64,000 nt of DNA from the human T2T-CHM13v2.0 reference genome, Homo sapiens: assembly GCF_009914755.1 (NCBI RefSeq), contig NC_060947.1. One strand, given 5' to 3'. This document shows, in pieces, positions 24,050-37,860 of this stretch. The position numbers and the translations under genes are program-made. The notes beneath the pieces are model-generated. The model saw nothing but the letters and a program-made list of their open reading frames with translations. It did no database searches and was not told where the DNA came from. Within the stretch, counting starts at the first letter, position 1, and each line of letters opens with the position of its first letter.

Positions 24050-24413
24050 CCCACAAGCCTGGATTTTAATCTGGGGTTTACCTGTAATCTATCGACACTG
24101 ACAACCTTCTAGTTTCAAGTAGATAATCTTAGAGATAAACGCATGTTGAACTGTTTCTGGCACCCATGTGCATTTTTAAACCATGAACTTCTGGAAAAAC
24201 TGCCCTATCTTACCCTTCTGGTTACCTAATCAGTGTGATGAAACCACTACATGTTTGTTTAAAATCTTATTCATGTTTGAAATTGCTTCTGAAAAAGGAA
24301 AAAAAAAACAGGGAGAGGCAGACAGAACTAAAATACGAGTGTTGTGTTCCAGATTACCATGGCTGGAGAAACCTGGAACTTTCTCCATCCACATGAAAAA
24401 CAGAAAAAAACAA

Positions 24414-24468
24414 CAGATGCTCAAAGAGTAACAGAGAATCTCTAGAAAAGTTATTTGTGCCTTCATCA
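24414..24468. repeat. 55-bp direct repeat, copy A' (partner 20880-20934)
   Basis: cagatgctcaaagagtaacagagaatctctagaaaagttatttgtgccttcatca. Confidence 0.95.
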
Positions 24469-25812
24469 CAATCAGTTGCCCAATTTCAGGAGATGAGTTA
24501 GGGTTAGTATAAAGAACATGAAGTATCCTGTTGATGAAAGAGAGGATAAGAGAAGTAAACACATTTGGAAGGTCTGGCAGCAATGGATTCACAGTCCTTC
24601 AAGCCAACCATTGATGAAAGCTGAAGAGAAGCTGAACCTTCGGGATAGAGCTTGAACAATTAGTTGTTCAATTAACTACCTACTGACCTCCAATGCTGAA
24701 GCCATGTCAGTCACCATCTCTCATAGTGCTTAAAATTACTGATTCCTTTCCCTGTAATTAGAAATATTATTTTGTTTCCATGTCTCTATTGAAAGCCTTG
24801 CCTGTGTGGGGGTGGGCATGTGGAGGGAGCTAGAACACAAGGACCACATGATTTTAAGAAACACAAGGTGGGGGCATATTTCATAGTGGAAGTGGAAAAC
24901 TGGGTGTTTAAAAAGAAAATTCAAGGCCTGCTGCACTCATTGATGTTAGCTACCTGGTCCCAGAAGGCATTTTACTGGGACCCTGATTTAACCTCTGCAT
25001 AATTTAAATATCTTCATCTCAGTAAAAGAATTAAGATAGTTGAAGCCTAAGGTCTATGCTGCCCTAATGTTTTGACTCAGTGATTCTGACAGTGGACATT
25101 CAGGCCAGAAGAAAAACCCATTTAGAAGATTTCCTTAAAAGAAGAGAGATGGCTTATTGGAGAAAAAAATTATAATTAACTTGAATGATGTTGCTGTAGG
25201 GCAAGATAAAAATATGCTAGATGATGAAGATTCACTTTAACTGTGCCCTTAATGTAACCCTGATATCATTCTTGTTTGCCTAAGCAAAACAGAACTTTCA
25301 CAGTTCTGACAGCTGAACCTAGTTCTAAGAAAAGATCAACTGGAATCAACTTTTTCCCCAGTGACTTGTCATTTCTCAAGTGCTGAGTCACTTGGAAGAG
25401 ACTGAGGGTGCTGAAAATATCCAGTACACCAGGCTAAGTCCTTTCTTAATTTGACATTCATCTATGAGCAGATCCCAACATGAGCTGTATTTCCGAAAAG
25501 ATTTTGTTGAAGTGTGTTATGGATCTCTTTATATTGCAACTTTACCCATGTGCCTTAAAAAAAGATTCACGGTCATACTGTTGTATTTTTCTCTCAGTTT
25601 TGATTTCTACTTCTCCAAACATCCCATTTTCCCATGATATTTAGACATATGAATGTCTCTTAGTGTTTATATTTAGGTGGTCAACAAGTATTGAACTATT
25701 GATGCTCCTCAAAAGACCTATTCTTATTTCTCTTCTCTCTATATTCAGTATACATTCCATGACTTATGTTATCCCATGGTTTCATTTACAATCTATGTGC
25801 AGATATCTTCTA

Positions 25813-28118
25813 CAGGTATGCCTGGTTTTATTGAGCTTTACTTTATTGTGCTTCACAGATATTGCATTTTTTACAAATTAAAGTTTGTGGCAGCTCTGCC
25901 TCAAACAATCTATTGGCACTATTTTGCCAACATCATATGCTCACTTCATGTCTCTGTGTCACATTTTGGTAATTCTCACAATATTTTAAACTGTTTTATC
26001 ATTATTATATCTGTTAAGATGATCTGTGGTCAGTGATCCTTAATGTTAACATTATAATTGTTTTGGTATGCCAAGAACCGTGCCCATATAAGATAATGAA
26101 CTTAATTGATCGATGTTATGTGTATTCTCACTGCTCCACTGACCAATCATTCTCTGGTCTCTCTCCTTTTCCTCAGGCCTCCCTATTCTCAGAGACATAC
26201 TAATATTAAAATTAGGCCAATTAATAACCCCGCAATGGCCTCTAAGTGTTCAAGTGAAGAGAAAAGTCACACATCTCTCACTAAATCAAAAGCTAGAAAT
26301 TATTAAGCTTAGTGAGGAAGGCATGTCAAAAGCTGAGATTGGTTGAAAGCTAGATCTTTTGTACCAAACAGTTAGCAGAGTTGTGAATGCAAAGGAAAAG
26401 TCCTTGAAGGAAATTAAAATTGCCACTCCAGTGAATACACGAATGATGAGAAAGCCAAATTGCTGATATGGAGAAAGTTTTAATGGTCTGGATAGAAGGT
26501 CAAACTAGTCACAACATTCCCATAAGCCAAAGCCTAATCCAGAGCAAGGCCCTAACTCTCTCTTCAGTTCTATGAAGGCTGAGAGAGGTGAGGAAGCTGC
26601 AGAAGAAAAGTCTGAAGCTAGCAGATGTTGGTTCATGAGGTTTAAGGAAAGGAGCCATCTCCATAATATAAAAGTGCAAGGTGAGGCAGCAAGTGCTGAT
26701 GTAGAAGCTGCAGCAAGTTATCCAGAAGATCTAGCTAAGATCATTGATGAGGGTGGCTACATTAAACAACAGGTTTTCAATGTAAACAAAATAGCCTAAG
26801 ATGACGTCATCAAGGACTTTCATAGCTAGGAAGGAAAAGTCAATTCCTGGCTTCAAAGCTTAAAAGGACAAACTAATTCTCTTCTTAGGGGCTAATGCAG
26901 CTGGTGACTTTAAAGTTAAAGTCATTGCTCATTTACCATTCTGAAAGCCCCCAGGCCTTAAGGATTAGGCTAAATCTACTCTGCCTGAATACTTTTAGCC
27001 CATTTTTGAGACCTACTGCTCAGAAAAAAATATTTCTTTTAAAATATTACTGCTTTTTGACGATTCGCCTGTTCATCCAAGGGCTCTGATGGAGATGTAC
27101 AAGGCGATTAATGTTGTTTTCATGCCTGCTAACTTAACCTCCATTCTGCAGCCCATGGATCAAGGAGGAATTTTGACTACCAAGTCTTATTATTTAAAAA
27201 ATACATATAGTAAGGTTATAGCTACCATACATAGTGATTCCTCTGACAAATCTGGTCAAAGTAAATTAAAAACCTTCTGGAAAAGATCCACCATTCTAGA
27301 TGCTAGTAAGAAAACTTATGATTCATGGGAGGAGATAAATCATAACCGTAATGTCAAAGGAGGTTAAAAGAAGTTTATTCCAACCCTCATGGATGGCTTT
27401 GAGGGGTTCAAAACTCCAGTGGAGGAAGTAACTGTAGATGTGGTGGAAATAGCAAGAGAACCAATATTAGAAGTGGAGCCTGAAGATGTGACTGAGTTGC
27501 TGCAATCTTATGATAAAACTTTAACAGATGAGGAGTTGTTTCTTATCAATGAGCAAAGAAAGTGGTTTCTTGGGATGAAATCTACTCCTGGTGGAGATGC
27601 TGTGAACACTGTTGACATGACAACAAGGGATTTAGAATATTTTCTAAACTTAGTTAACAAAGCAGCAGCAGGATTTTAGAGGATTGACTCCAATTTTAAA
27701 AGAATTTCTACCGTTGGTAAAATGCTATCAAACAGCATTGCATGCTACAGAGAAATATTTCGTGAAATGAAAAGTCAGTTGATCCAGCAAACTTCAGTGT
27801 TGTTTAAGCCACCCAATCTTCAGCAACCACCATCGTGATCAGTCAGCAGCCATCAACATCGAGGCAAGACTCTCCACCAGCAAAAAGATTAGGACTTCCC
27901 AAAGGCTGAGATGATTGTTAGCATTTCTTTTAACAATAAAGTATTTTAAATTAAGGCATATACATTACTTTTTAGACATAATGCTATTGCACATTTAATA
28001 GACTACTTTGTAATGTAAACATAACTTTTATATGCACTGAGAAGCCAAAAAAATTCATGTAACCTTCTTTATTGTGGTGGCCTGGAATGGAACCTGCAAT
28101 ATCTCTGAGGTATGACCA
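25813..28118 (+). mobile_element. Near-full-length Tigger1 (TcMar-Tigger/pogo) DNA transposon with a fragmented transposase
   Basis: Ends ta|caggtatgcctggttttattg... and ...gcaatatctctgaggtatgacca|ta (TA TSD). Transposase fragments [42 protein letters not shown] and [14 protein letters not shown]. Confidence 0.97.
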
Positions 28119-28124
28119 TAAATG

Positions 28125-28430
28125 TATCTCTCCTGTTACATATGTTAAAATGTACCTCCACTTTAATCACCTCCAGGTCCCTTGAACTTAATATGCCCCA
28201 AAGCAGAATTCATCATCTGTCCATTCAGCCTCCCCTTCCTGACTTCTCTATTTTGGTTAATGGCACCATCTTTGGCCAGGTTGTCATCCAAGACTCTTCC
28301 TTTTCCCTTATTCTTTACACCCATTTCCCACACTCTGGCAGTTTTTCTTTTAACCATTTCCTGATTATGTCACCTCCTCCACTCTTGTTTCTTTGTGCCA
28401 ACCCTTATCACCTCTGACCTGCATTATTTC
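28125..28430 (+). mobile_element. L2 fragment
   Basis: ttgaacttaatatgccccaaagcagaattcatcatct...ctctattttggttaatggcacca. Confidence 0.6.
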
Positions 28431-28647
28431 TTTCTTTTTTTTTTTTAGTTTTTTATTTCCATAGGTTTTTAGGGAACAGGGGGTATTTGGTCACATGAGT
28501 AAGTTCTTTAGTGGTGACTTGTGTGATTTTGGTGCACCCATCACCAGAGCAGTATACACTGAACCCAATTTGTAGTCTTTCATCCCTCACCCCTTTCCCA
28601 CCCTTTCTCCCGAGTCCCCAAAGTCCATTGTGTCATTCTTTATTCTT

Positions 28648-29222
<575 letters not shown>

Positions 29223-29370
29223 TAGCTTAGCTCCCACTTATGAGTGAGAAGATACAATGTTTGGTTTTCCATTCTTGAGTTACTTCACTTAGAATAATAG
29301 TCTCCAATCCCAACCAGGTTGCTGCAAATGCCATTAATTCAATCCTTTTTATGACTGAGTAGTATTCCAT

Positions 29371-29382
29371 TGTGTGTGTGTG

Positions 29383-29459
<77 letters not shown>
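29371..29459. repeat. Compound (TG)n(TA)n microsatellite inside the L1PB1
   Basis: Visible directly in the sequence. Confidence 0.97.
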
Positions 29460-29461
<2 letters not shown>

Positions 29462-31309
29462 ACATTTTCTTTATCTGCTAATTGATTGATAGGAATTTGG
29501 GTTGGTTCCACATTTTTGCAGTTGTGAATTGTGCTGCTATAAACTTGTGTGTGCAAGTATCTTTTTCATATAATGACTTATTTTCCCCCGGGTGGATACC
29601 CAGTAGTGGGACTGCTGGATCAAATGGTAGTATTACTTTTAGTTCTTTAAGAAATTGCCACGCTGCTTTTCCATAGTGGTTGGACTAGTTTACATTCCCA
29701 CCAGCAGTGCAGAAGCATTCCTTTTTCACTGCATCCATGCCAACATCTATTATTTTTTGATTTTTTGATTAAGGCCATTCTTGCAGGAGTAAGGTGGTAT
29801 TGCATTGTGGTTTTCATTTGCATTTCTCTGATCATTAGTTATGTTGAGGATTTTTTCATATGTTTGTTGGCCATTTGTGTATCTTCTTTTGAAAATTGTG
29901 TATTCATGTCCTTAGCCCACTTTTTGATGGGATTGTTTTCTTCTTGCTAATTTGTTTGCATTCGTTGTAGATTCTGGATGTTAGTCCTTTGTCAGATGTA
30001 TAGATTGTGAAGATTTTCTCCCACTCTGTGGGTTGTCTATTTACTCTGCTGACTGTAGAGTTTTGCCATGCAAAAACTCTGTAGTTTAATTAAGTCCCAC
30101 CTATGTTGTTTTTATTGCATTTGCTTTTGAGTTTTTTGACCTGTATTATTTCAGTGAACTCTTAGATTGTCCCAGGCCACATACTACAGAATGAGGGTAA
30201 AAATCAGGGCCAGAATATCTGTCACGAAGCTGCCTTTATCTTGGTCTGTCCCCAACTTTCTGCTAGAATTCCAAGTCAGCTCAATGGGTTCATATGATGT
30301 TGACAGTCTTCAGAGAGCATTTCACATGCAACTGAAGACCTTCTTTGCTTCTTCTTCTTGGTTTCTACACAAGAATTGTGTAGTCTTCTTTGCCACTATA
30401 CAAAAGTTGTCATTTTCCTATTTCTGTGCTTTGGCTTGCTCTAGTGATAATGCATTGTCATTGTTGTTAAAAAAAAAAAAACAACCCAACCCAGCAGATA
30501 CCTCACTGCTGGTGATATCCACAAATGCTGAAGTCGTAGCCCACTAAGCCTATTGAAGTGTGGCCATTGCTGCTGATGCCAGAACCAAGGGCATTGCTCA
30601 CCATCTTTTTTGGACATTCTGGACACTAATGCTGCTGAAGGCCAAGTTCTTGCTGCCCCATGAGTATTTTAGTGAACCAGATCTTTTTTAAGAGTTTACA
30701 TTTTCCTTGATGTAGCCCTCTTACCTTCAGACTTGGGTATGAATCTATGCAGTCTGAGACAGAAAGCAATTAAGTGACAAATTGATCTTTCCTTAGAATC
30801 ATTATCCTCCCCTTACAACTTTGTCCTATTTCTATTGAATAAATTTGGCACATCTATTCTTTTTTTTTTCCCCCTTAAGGGTAGGTGTTTCCCAGGATGC
30901 ACTTCAATCCCTCAAAGGTGTCCTAGGTCAAATAGTCCCAACCCCTTCTACAGTCCTCCAAGAAAGCAGGCCTGAACAATGGAATAACATGGTCTATGCT
31001 CAATCAGGGAAGCTTGGGAACACTCCATCACTTTCCACAGTGTTGAGTCATTGTTTTAAAGATCAAAACAGCCCATATTTTTTTATGTCCCTGATTAAAA
31101 GTATATCCAAATTAAAATCCTCAATGGCTTCTCAATGCCTAAAGAACAGTGTAAAGTCTTCAAAAAAGCATATAAAACTCTTCAGAATCCAGTTGTAGCC
31201 TTCTTATCCAGCATTTCCCATGAAACCAGAAAAAGTTCCCAACACAAAAGGTGGCTTGATCATTGTGCATTTGTCCATGAACTACCTGTAATATCACAAA
31301 AAGATTAAG

Positions 31310-31560
31310 AGTGTGAGCTATTGGTTCAAACAGGTCAAGATTCAAGTCCTGCCTCTGCCTTTACTACCTGTGAGACTTTAAGAAAGTTACTTAACCTCTC
31401 TGAGCCTTAATTTACATATCAGTAAATGAGGATAATAATAGTCCCTATTATGTGGGGAATACATGAAATTTATTCATTATTTATTGCCATGAGGAATAAA
31501 TGAAATTGAAATAAATGCATATAAGGGCAATTCCTGATGCATGAAAATCACAATAACAAA
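31310..31560 (+). mobile_element. MIR
   Basis: ttcaagtcctgcctctgcctttactacctgtgaga...aagttacttaacctctctgagcct...gaggataataatagt. Confidence 0.85.
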
Positions 31561-31659
31561 ATAAATAATAACCAGTGTGATTACCTGAAATACTATACTA
31601 CTTTTCATCATCTTTAACTGCTGAGCAATTATTTATTCTTCATGATCCAATTGAGCAGA

Positions 31660-32132
31660 CTTATCACAATAGTCAAAATATGGAAACAACCTGAGAGTAA
31701 GCAAAATATGGCATATCCATACAATGGAATATTACTCACTCCTAAAAAGGAATGAAGTACTGAAACATGCTACAACATGAATGACCTTGAAAACATTAAG
31801 CTAAGTTAAAGGACCCAGACACAAAGGCCACATATTTAATGATTCAATTTATATGAAATGTCCAGAAAAGGCAAATCCATAAAGACAGAATGTAGATTAG
31901 TGGTTACCAGAGTCTGCAGTGAGACAGAAATGGGAAATGACTGCTAATGAGCACAGGATTTGTTTCGGGGATGTTGGAAATGTTCTGGAATTATTACAGA
32001 ATTATCTATAATATGTAGAGGTGATGGTTGTACAATTTGGTGAATATACTAAAAACCACTGAATTGAGTAGTATTTTAAAGGGATGAATTTATGGAATGT
32101 AAATTTTATCTTAATTTTTAAAAACAAACAAA
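31660..32132 (+). mobile_element. Old L1 (L1MB-type) 3' end
   Basis: catacaatggaatatta...aatgaagtactga...tatgaaatgtccagaaaaggcaaatccata...gtgaatatactaaaaaccactgaattg. Confidence 0.92.
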
Positions 32133-32334
32133 TAGACCCAATTGAAAAACCACTTCCTTTTTGAAGACTTACCCAGACATAGTCACTCCATATTCTGTGT
32201 CCCCAAGGATCTTGATACTTACCCTTTCACAGCATTAATCCAGTAATTACTTGGCTTACATGACTATTGCCCTCATTAAACTTTAAGCTCCCTAAGGGCA
32301 GAGGTGCTACATGTCTGGAATTTGTCCACTTAAC

Positions 32335-32765
32335 ATATTTTGTTTTGAGAACTGTCCCTTTCCTGCCTGCCTGGCTGCCAATTATAATGTCCCATTTCTT
32401 TCACTGGGTTGACACAAGACCTTGCCTAGCCTACTTGACTTCTCTATCCCACTGGCCATAGTAATTGGTTTAAGGATGAACATATGACCCAAACCAGGCC
32501 AATTATTGTTCAACACTTTCATTGGAATTGTAAACTGTAAGAGCCATGTAAGTAGACAGTAAAAGTGCCTACCTTTGATAGGCAGTCATTGATACAGCTG
32601 TGTAAGAATGAAGCCAGGGTAGAGGAAGGCAGGGCTGAGCTGAGCAGCTGTGACAGGTATTCTACTCCCAGACTTTTTGGCCACCTAAGACAATTGATTC
32701 CCATTTTTACTTAAAATAGTTTGAGTCGAGATTCAGTTACTTGAAATGGAAGGAGTTTCAATATA
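32335..32765 (+). mobile_element. MLT1 (K/L-type) LTR remnant
   Basis: ctggccatagtaattggtttaaggatgaacatatgacccaa...gtttgagtcgagattcagttacttg. Confidence 0.7.
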
Positions 32766-34094
32766 AGAAAGTTATATATAATAGGTACTGTGTCTTAGTG
32801 TTCAACATAGCTACCTTAGTGCCTGTAAGGAGTAGGATCTCAAACAAGGTTTTCAGATGAGTATAAGATGCTGTTCTCAAACCCCCTTTCCTTTCTCCTC
32901 ACCATAAGAAGCATGGGGAGATTTTTAGTAGCAATCATAGTTTCTGCCTTTCATTTTCTTTTGTCCACGCACCACACTCCCTGACATGGGAAAAGTAGAG
33001 GAAGAGAGTGCAATATTTCTTAAAATTTTAGCATTATTTAGAGGTTTTCAATGTGAGAAGTCAGAGGAGCGTGCTTCCTTTTCTCTCCTCATTGCAAATA
33101 CTTCCCTTTGCTCTCCCTCTTCTAACCCCTTCTCTCTTCTGCTCAACCCCATCTATGGTTATAGAGACAGGAATTTTGCTTCTCTTGAAGAAGGTGAACA
33201 GGAAAAAGTTGCCCACAGTCTGGAATTCTTCATTCTTACAATTTCTTAATATTCTGCTTATACTCTGTCATCTATCCACGGGGACCATCTTGCATCCTGT
33301 GATGGATAATACATTCTGGTGTCCTCCACGTTCTACCAGCATCTACACAGGACAGTTTGGTAATACCCTCCCAAAAACAGGCCTACAAATCCCACTTACT
33401 AAGTAGAATTTCTAGGGACCACAAATCCTCTACTATTTCTCCACAAGTTCTACTCCCCAATACTGCCATTTTCTCATGTCACAAGTAGAAGAAATAATAT
33501 TTAATTATAGGTACTTTCAATTGCCTCCTCTGAGCCTCCTTGGGGGGAAGACTCCATTGCTTTCTTGGTTCTGGGGCCTCTGCCAGCTACTTAGGTAAGG
33601 AGGGGTGGAAAGAAGAATGACAGCACTATTTGTGAGTACAGATGAGGTAGGATGAGAGCAGGGGAAGGGAGAGAGTAAGACAAAACAGCATAAGGATAAG
33701 GGATAGAATGGGGAGAGGTGGTAAGAGAAAGACAGATTTTGGAAGAGCAGTGTGTAAATTAGATATTAATTAGTCTTTCTGTATGTTTCCTGATGTAATT
33801 CCCCCATCACCACCATCTCAAGAGATCGCCAGTGCTTTTAAAGGCTTTGGCAATTACATTTTTGTTTCTTTTGGATATATCACAGTGCTGAGACAAAGGC
33901 CTCAAGGCAGTCCAATTTTATTTGGGTTACACTTAAAACAATCAGGTTACCACGGGCTACAGTGTAAATGACCAGTTCCTCTCCCGGGGAGCCAAATTGT
34001 GACTGAAATGAATATAATTTACGTAATTTTCTCATTTAACAATTTTGACAGTTGTCTTTATCTTTTAATTTAAGAATTCAGAAAAAAATTCAGG

Positions 34095-34320
34095 ATTAGA
34101 GCCAAACTACCTGTGTTCAAATCCTCATTTTCCACTTAGTGATTGTGAAAGGTTGAGCAAAGTATTCAAACTCTCCAAGCCTCAATTTCTTCATACAGAA
34201 AATCTAAAAATAGTTTATCTCACAAAGGGTTGTTGTGGGAATTAAATGAGTTAAAATATGTAAAGAGCTTCGAACATTTCTTGGCACATAGTAAGAACTC
34301 CATAAAAATTAGCTATCATA
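34095..34320 (+). mobile_element. MIR
   Basis: gttcaaatcct...ctctccaagcctcaatttcttcat...gttgtgggaattaaatgagtta...tggcacatagtaag. Confidence 0.85.
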
Positions 34321-34386
34321 GTACTTTTAGCTATCTTCCAAAATAGATAACTCAGTTCAGTGCATACAAAAGGCATTGAAAGTCGC

Positions 34387-34617
34387 TATATACACACACT
34401 ATATATACATGGATATGGTGTATATACACATCTCTGTACACACCATATATGTTTACGTACATATATGTGTACATACTATATATACTGTATACATACTCTC
34501 TATATTTGTGTATGTATATACAGTATATATAATACGTATATGGCATATACACATCTCTATGTATACACATATATGCACATATATATATATACACACAGAC
34601 AGAGAGAGAGGGAGAGG
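34387..34617. repeat. TA/CA/TG-rich low-complexity tract ending in (GA)n
   Basis: Degenerate alternating purine-pyrimidine repeats; source of three spurious ORFs. Confidence 0.9.
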
Positions 34618-35914
34618 TGTGATATTTTAGTAATTACCCTCAAGAGATAGTACCAATATTTATTTATTCGTTCATCCAAGTTATCTGTAGAACAACTACC
34701 ATGATCCTATGTAAAATGGCAAGACTGTAAGTACGAGCATACCAAGTGTTGCAGTTGCTGAGGTCAGCACCATCTCAGAACTTAGAAAACACTTCACGAT
34801 GTTATCAGAAACACAAAGAAAGATCTGGGGAGAGGATGAAGTGAGATGATTTGCCCAGAGCCACATGTTTTACCAGCACAATTTTGAATACAGCAGGTCA
34901 ATTTGCTAGCCCTTTATTCTCTCTGCTTGTCCACCTGTGCAATGGAAATCATCATAGAAGCTTCATAAAGGGATTCTGAGGATTTGTGAGTTAAATATGA
35001 ACTCTTGCTGGCTCAAGGATCATCCTCTACATTCCCTAAAATAACCTTGATTTTAAGGTAGAGGGATAATTACAGAGGGCACATTTTCTATGTGCCTTGC
35101 ATAGGTGTTACGGTCATGTCCTGTTTTCTATTAGCACTCGTTCTGGAGTGCCCTTGGAACTCACCTGCTTTTTCTGTAGTTGAGGTGGACTCTTCTGGGG
35201 ACTGGAAAGCTACAGTGAAAACTCAAGGGTGAGCACATGAAAACAGGAATGAGAATTCTGCAAACTATTGATGTGTTGAAGGCCACTTTAATAATGTATG
35301 TGTGGAAGAAAACCAATCATATACTCCTCTGGCACATGAACTCTTTGTTTATCACCATCCTGTCTCTTGAAGTGTTTGCAAAAAAAAAGTGTTCGTGAAG
35401 GCCTTATGTTCTCAAAATTTTTGCTTCTGCATGGTTAGATCGAGGGCAGCTGCCAGCCCTGGTTTATTCAGAATTAGACTTAAACCTGATAGTGAAGGTG
35501 GGGAGGGAAAAATAAGAATTATCTTTATAAAATCTTGACCGTGGCATCCTCCTGAAAAGATTATATCCAGGAGAGCACAACCAATGCTGCTTTTGCAATT
35601 TCACACCTGTATTGGATATTTTGTATAGGAAAGGGTGTTATCTATGGTGAAACAAACCCATGGTCTCTTTCTGCTTTCAAACAATCCTCCTGCTGTTGCC
35701 TCTTGTCTTCCCAAAAGAACATCTCATCTGTGTTATTTCCTTGCATACAAACCTTCGATGGCTCCCTTTTTCTTTTGGAATTGGCATTTCTTCATATTGT
35801 GTAACACATTCTACCTTTCCAACATCACATCCTGCCGTGCCCCTCATACACTCAATGATCCAACCAGCCAGGACCACTTGGGAATTAAATGAGGGAGTAC
35901 CTATGGTATCTCAG

Positions 35915-36145
35915 ATTGTAGGTTTTTGAAATCAGACTCTCTTGGCTTCAATCCAGGATCTCACTAGTTGTGTAGCCTCAGACAAGTTATTTACCTCTCT
36001 GTGCTTCAGTTTCTTCATCTATGGAATGGGGAAAATGATATTATCATAAGGCTACTGTGGCGAGTAAATGAGTTAATACAAATTAAATGTTTAGGAAAGT
36101 ATGATAGTGCCTGACACATGGCAAGCATCATAAAAGATAAGATAG
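35915..36145 (+). mobile_element. MIR
   Basis: caagttatttacctctctgtgcttcagtttcttcatctatggaatgggg...aaatgagttaata...gtgcctgacacatggcaagc. Confidence 0.88.
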
Positions 36146-36474
36146 CATTAATATTATTTACAATTACCTGAATATGACATTCTTTTTGACACCTCTGAGC
36201 CTTTAACATGTAGTTACCATAGCCTGTAACACCCTCTCCCTCCTCTATGCCTAAAGGCCAACTTATTTTCAACACCTCTTTCAAATATCAATTTCTCTGC
36301 CTCTCTTTGCACATCTTATCATATGGCATTTATCACAGCACATTATTGCAGCTTTTCAAAAACACATCTTTCTTCCCCTGTATTGTGACTTTCTTGAGAG
36401 CAATAACCACCTTCATTTTTGCATCTCTAGGTCTCAAAAGTTTTGGTGTGAAACAGGCCTCAAAAATTGGTTGA

Positions 36475-36968
36475 TCCCCACAAAAAGTGTACAGAAATGT
36501 TCATAGCAGCATTACTCATAATAGCTAAAAAGTGGAAACAACCCAAGTAACTACCAATAAACGAATAAAGAAAATGTGGTACATCCATACAATGGAATAT
36601 TACTTGCCTGCAGACAAGAATGAAGTACTGATACATACTAGAACATAGATGAGACTTGAAGACATTATGCTGAGAGAAGCCAGTCAGAAAAGACCACATA
36701 TTATATGAAATATCCAGAATCTGCAAATCTAGAGAGACAGAAAATGGATTAGTGGTTGCTTAGAGCTGGGGGAGGGGATGGAGGGATTTAGGGGAGATAG
36801 CTAAAGAGTATAAAGTTTTTCTGGGGGGGTAATGAAAATATTCCAAAATCGTAGTGATGACTGTACAACTCTGAATCATGAAAAAAATCACTGAATTGTA
36901 TAATTTAAATGGGTGAATTGTATGGTATGTGAATTATATTTTAATAAAGCTGTTTCTAAAGAAAAAAT
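36475..36968 (+). mobile_element. Old L1 (L1MB-type) 3' end
   Basis: aatgttcatagcagcatta...ggaaacaaccca...aaatgggtgaattgtatggtatgtgaattata...aataaagctgtt. Confidence 0.92.
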
Positions 36969-37704
36969 ATATTGATTGAGTAAATAAGCAAATGAGTGAG
37001 AGTTGTTTTGAGTTTGTGTTGAGTGTAAACACATCCAAGAGGTAAATCAAAAGCTGCTGCTTCCTTGAGTAGGGACCCGTGCTCAGCAAGCTCCTGGCCT
37101 TCCTGCTGCTGCTTCCCCCTTCTTGAGGACTTGCTTCCCTGTTTGCGCTCCTGAATCCTTGCTTTCTTCCAGTTTCTCCTCTTTTCTCCTAATTTTCTTT
37201 TCCTTATTTGTATACAGCCCCTCAGGATGGTTTGTATGAGACCGTGAATGGAATGGGGACTTCTTTGGGAATCTGGAACATGAAAGCCCAAAGAGACCCT
37301 GGCAACATCTTTTCAGAGGAACACTTAAAAAAAAATAACATAAAGAAATGGAGGCTCAGAAGGATCAAGGAAATGTCTTAACCTTTCGCACATTGAGTTG
37401 GTGTCAGAACTGAATTTAGAATACAGGTCTTTTTATTCACCTGTTCAGTACAATTTCTACCACACTACCTGCCTTCCTCACCTGCCCACATACCCACCAC
37501 CAGGCCGGAATGATTTGGATGCCAAAACAAGTGTAACTAATGAGGATCCAAAACCACATATTGAATGGGTCATTTCATATTAGGTGCTTTCTATTCATTC
37601 TCTTCCCAAGAATATTGCAGATACCAATAACATCTCATCACATTGAATTCCAAGAAGTTTTTAAATTTTCCTTTTTTTGCATTTTAGTTTTATTAGTACA
37701 GAAC

Positions 37705-37860
37705 ACATGATATAGTAGAGAAAACACAGGATTGGTAGTTTAGAGGTCTAGACTCCACTTTCCACTCTGTAATTAACTAGCTTTGTGATTTATGTAAAAC
37801 ATTTAACCACTCAGGGCCTTACTCCTGCATTATAAAATTAGGGTTTGGATTAGATTACTT
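37705..37860 (+). mobile_element. MIR fragment
   Basis: atagtagagaaaacacaggattgg...ctctgtaattaactagctttgtgattt...tttaaccactc. Confidence 0.65.

Noticed and set aside
26572-27679. Tigger ORFs as a domesticated TIGD-like gene
   Set aside because: Broken into three short ORFs by stops and frameshifts inside an ordinary element with terminal repeats.
30240-30520. RAB7-like processed pseudogene (VAKKTTQFLC, NAL, EPIEL)
   Set aside because: The GTPase motifs (NKxD, ETSAK, WDTAGQ) are absent and many deletions would be needed; nucleotide similarity is unconvincing.
34352-34650. Tyr/Ile/His-rich ORFs
   Set aside because: Translation of a TA/CA low-complexity tract.
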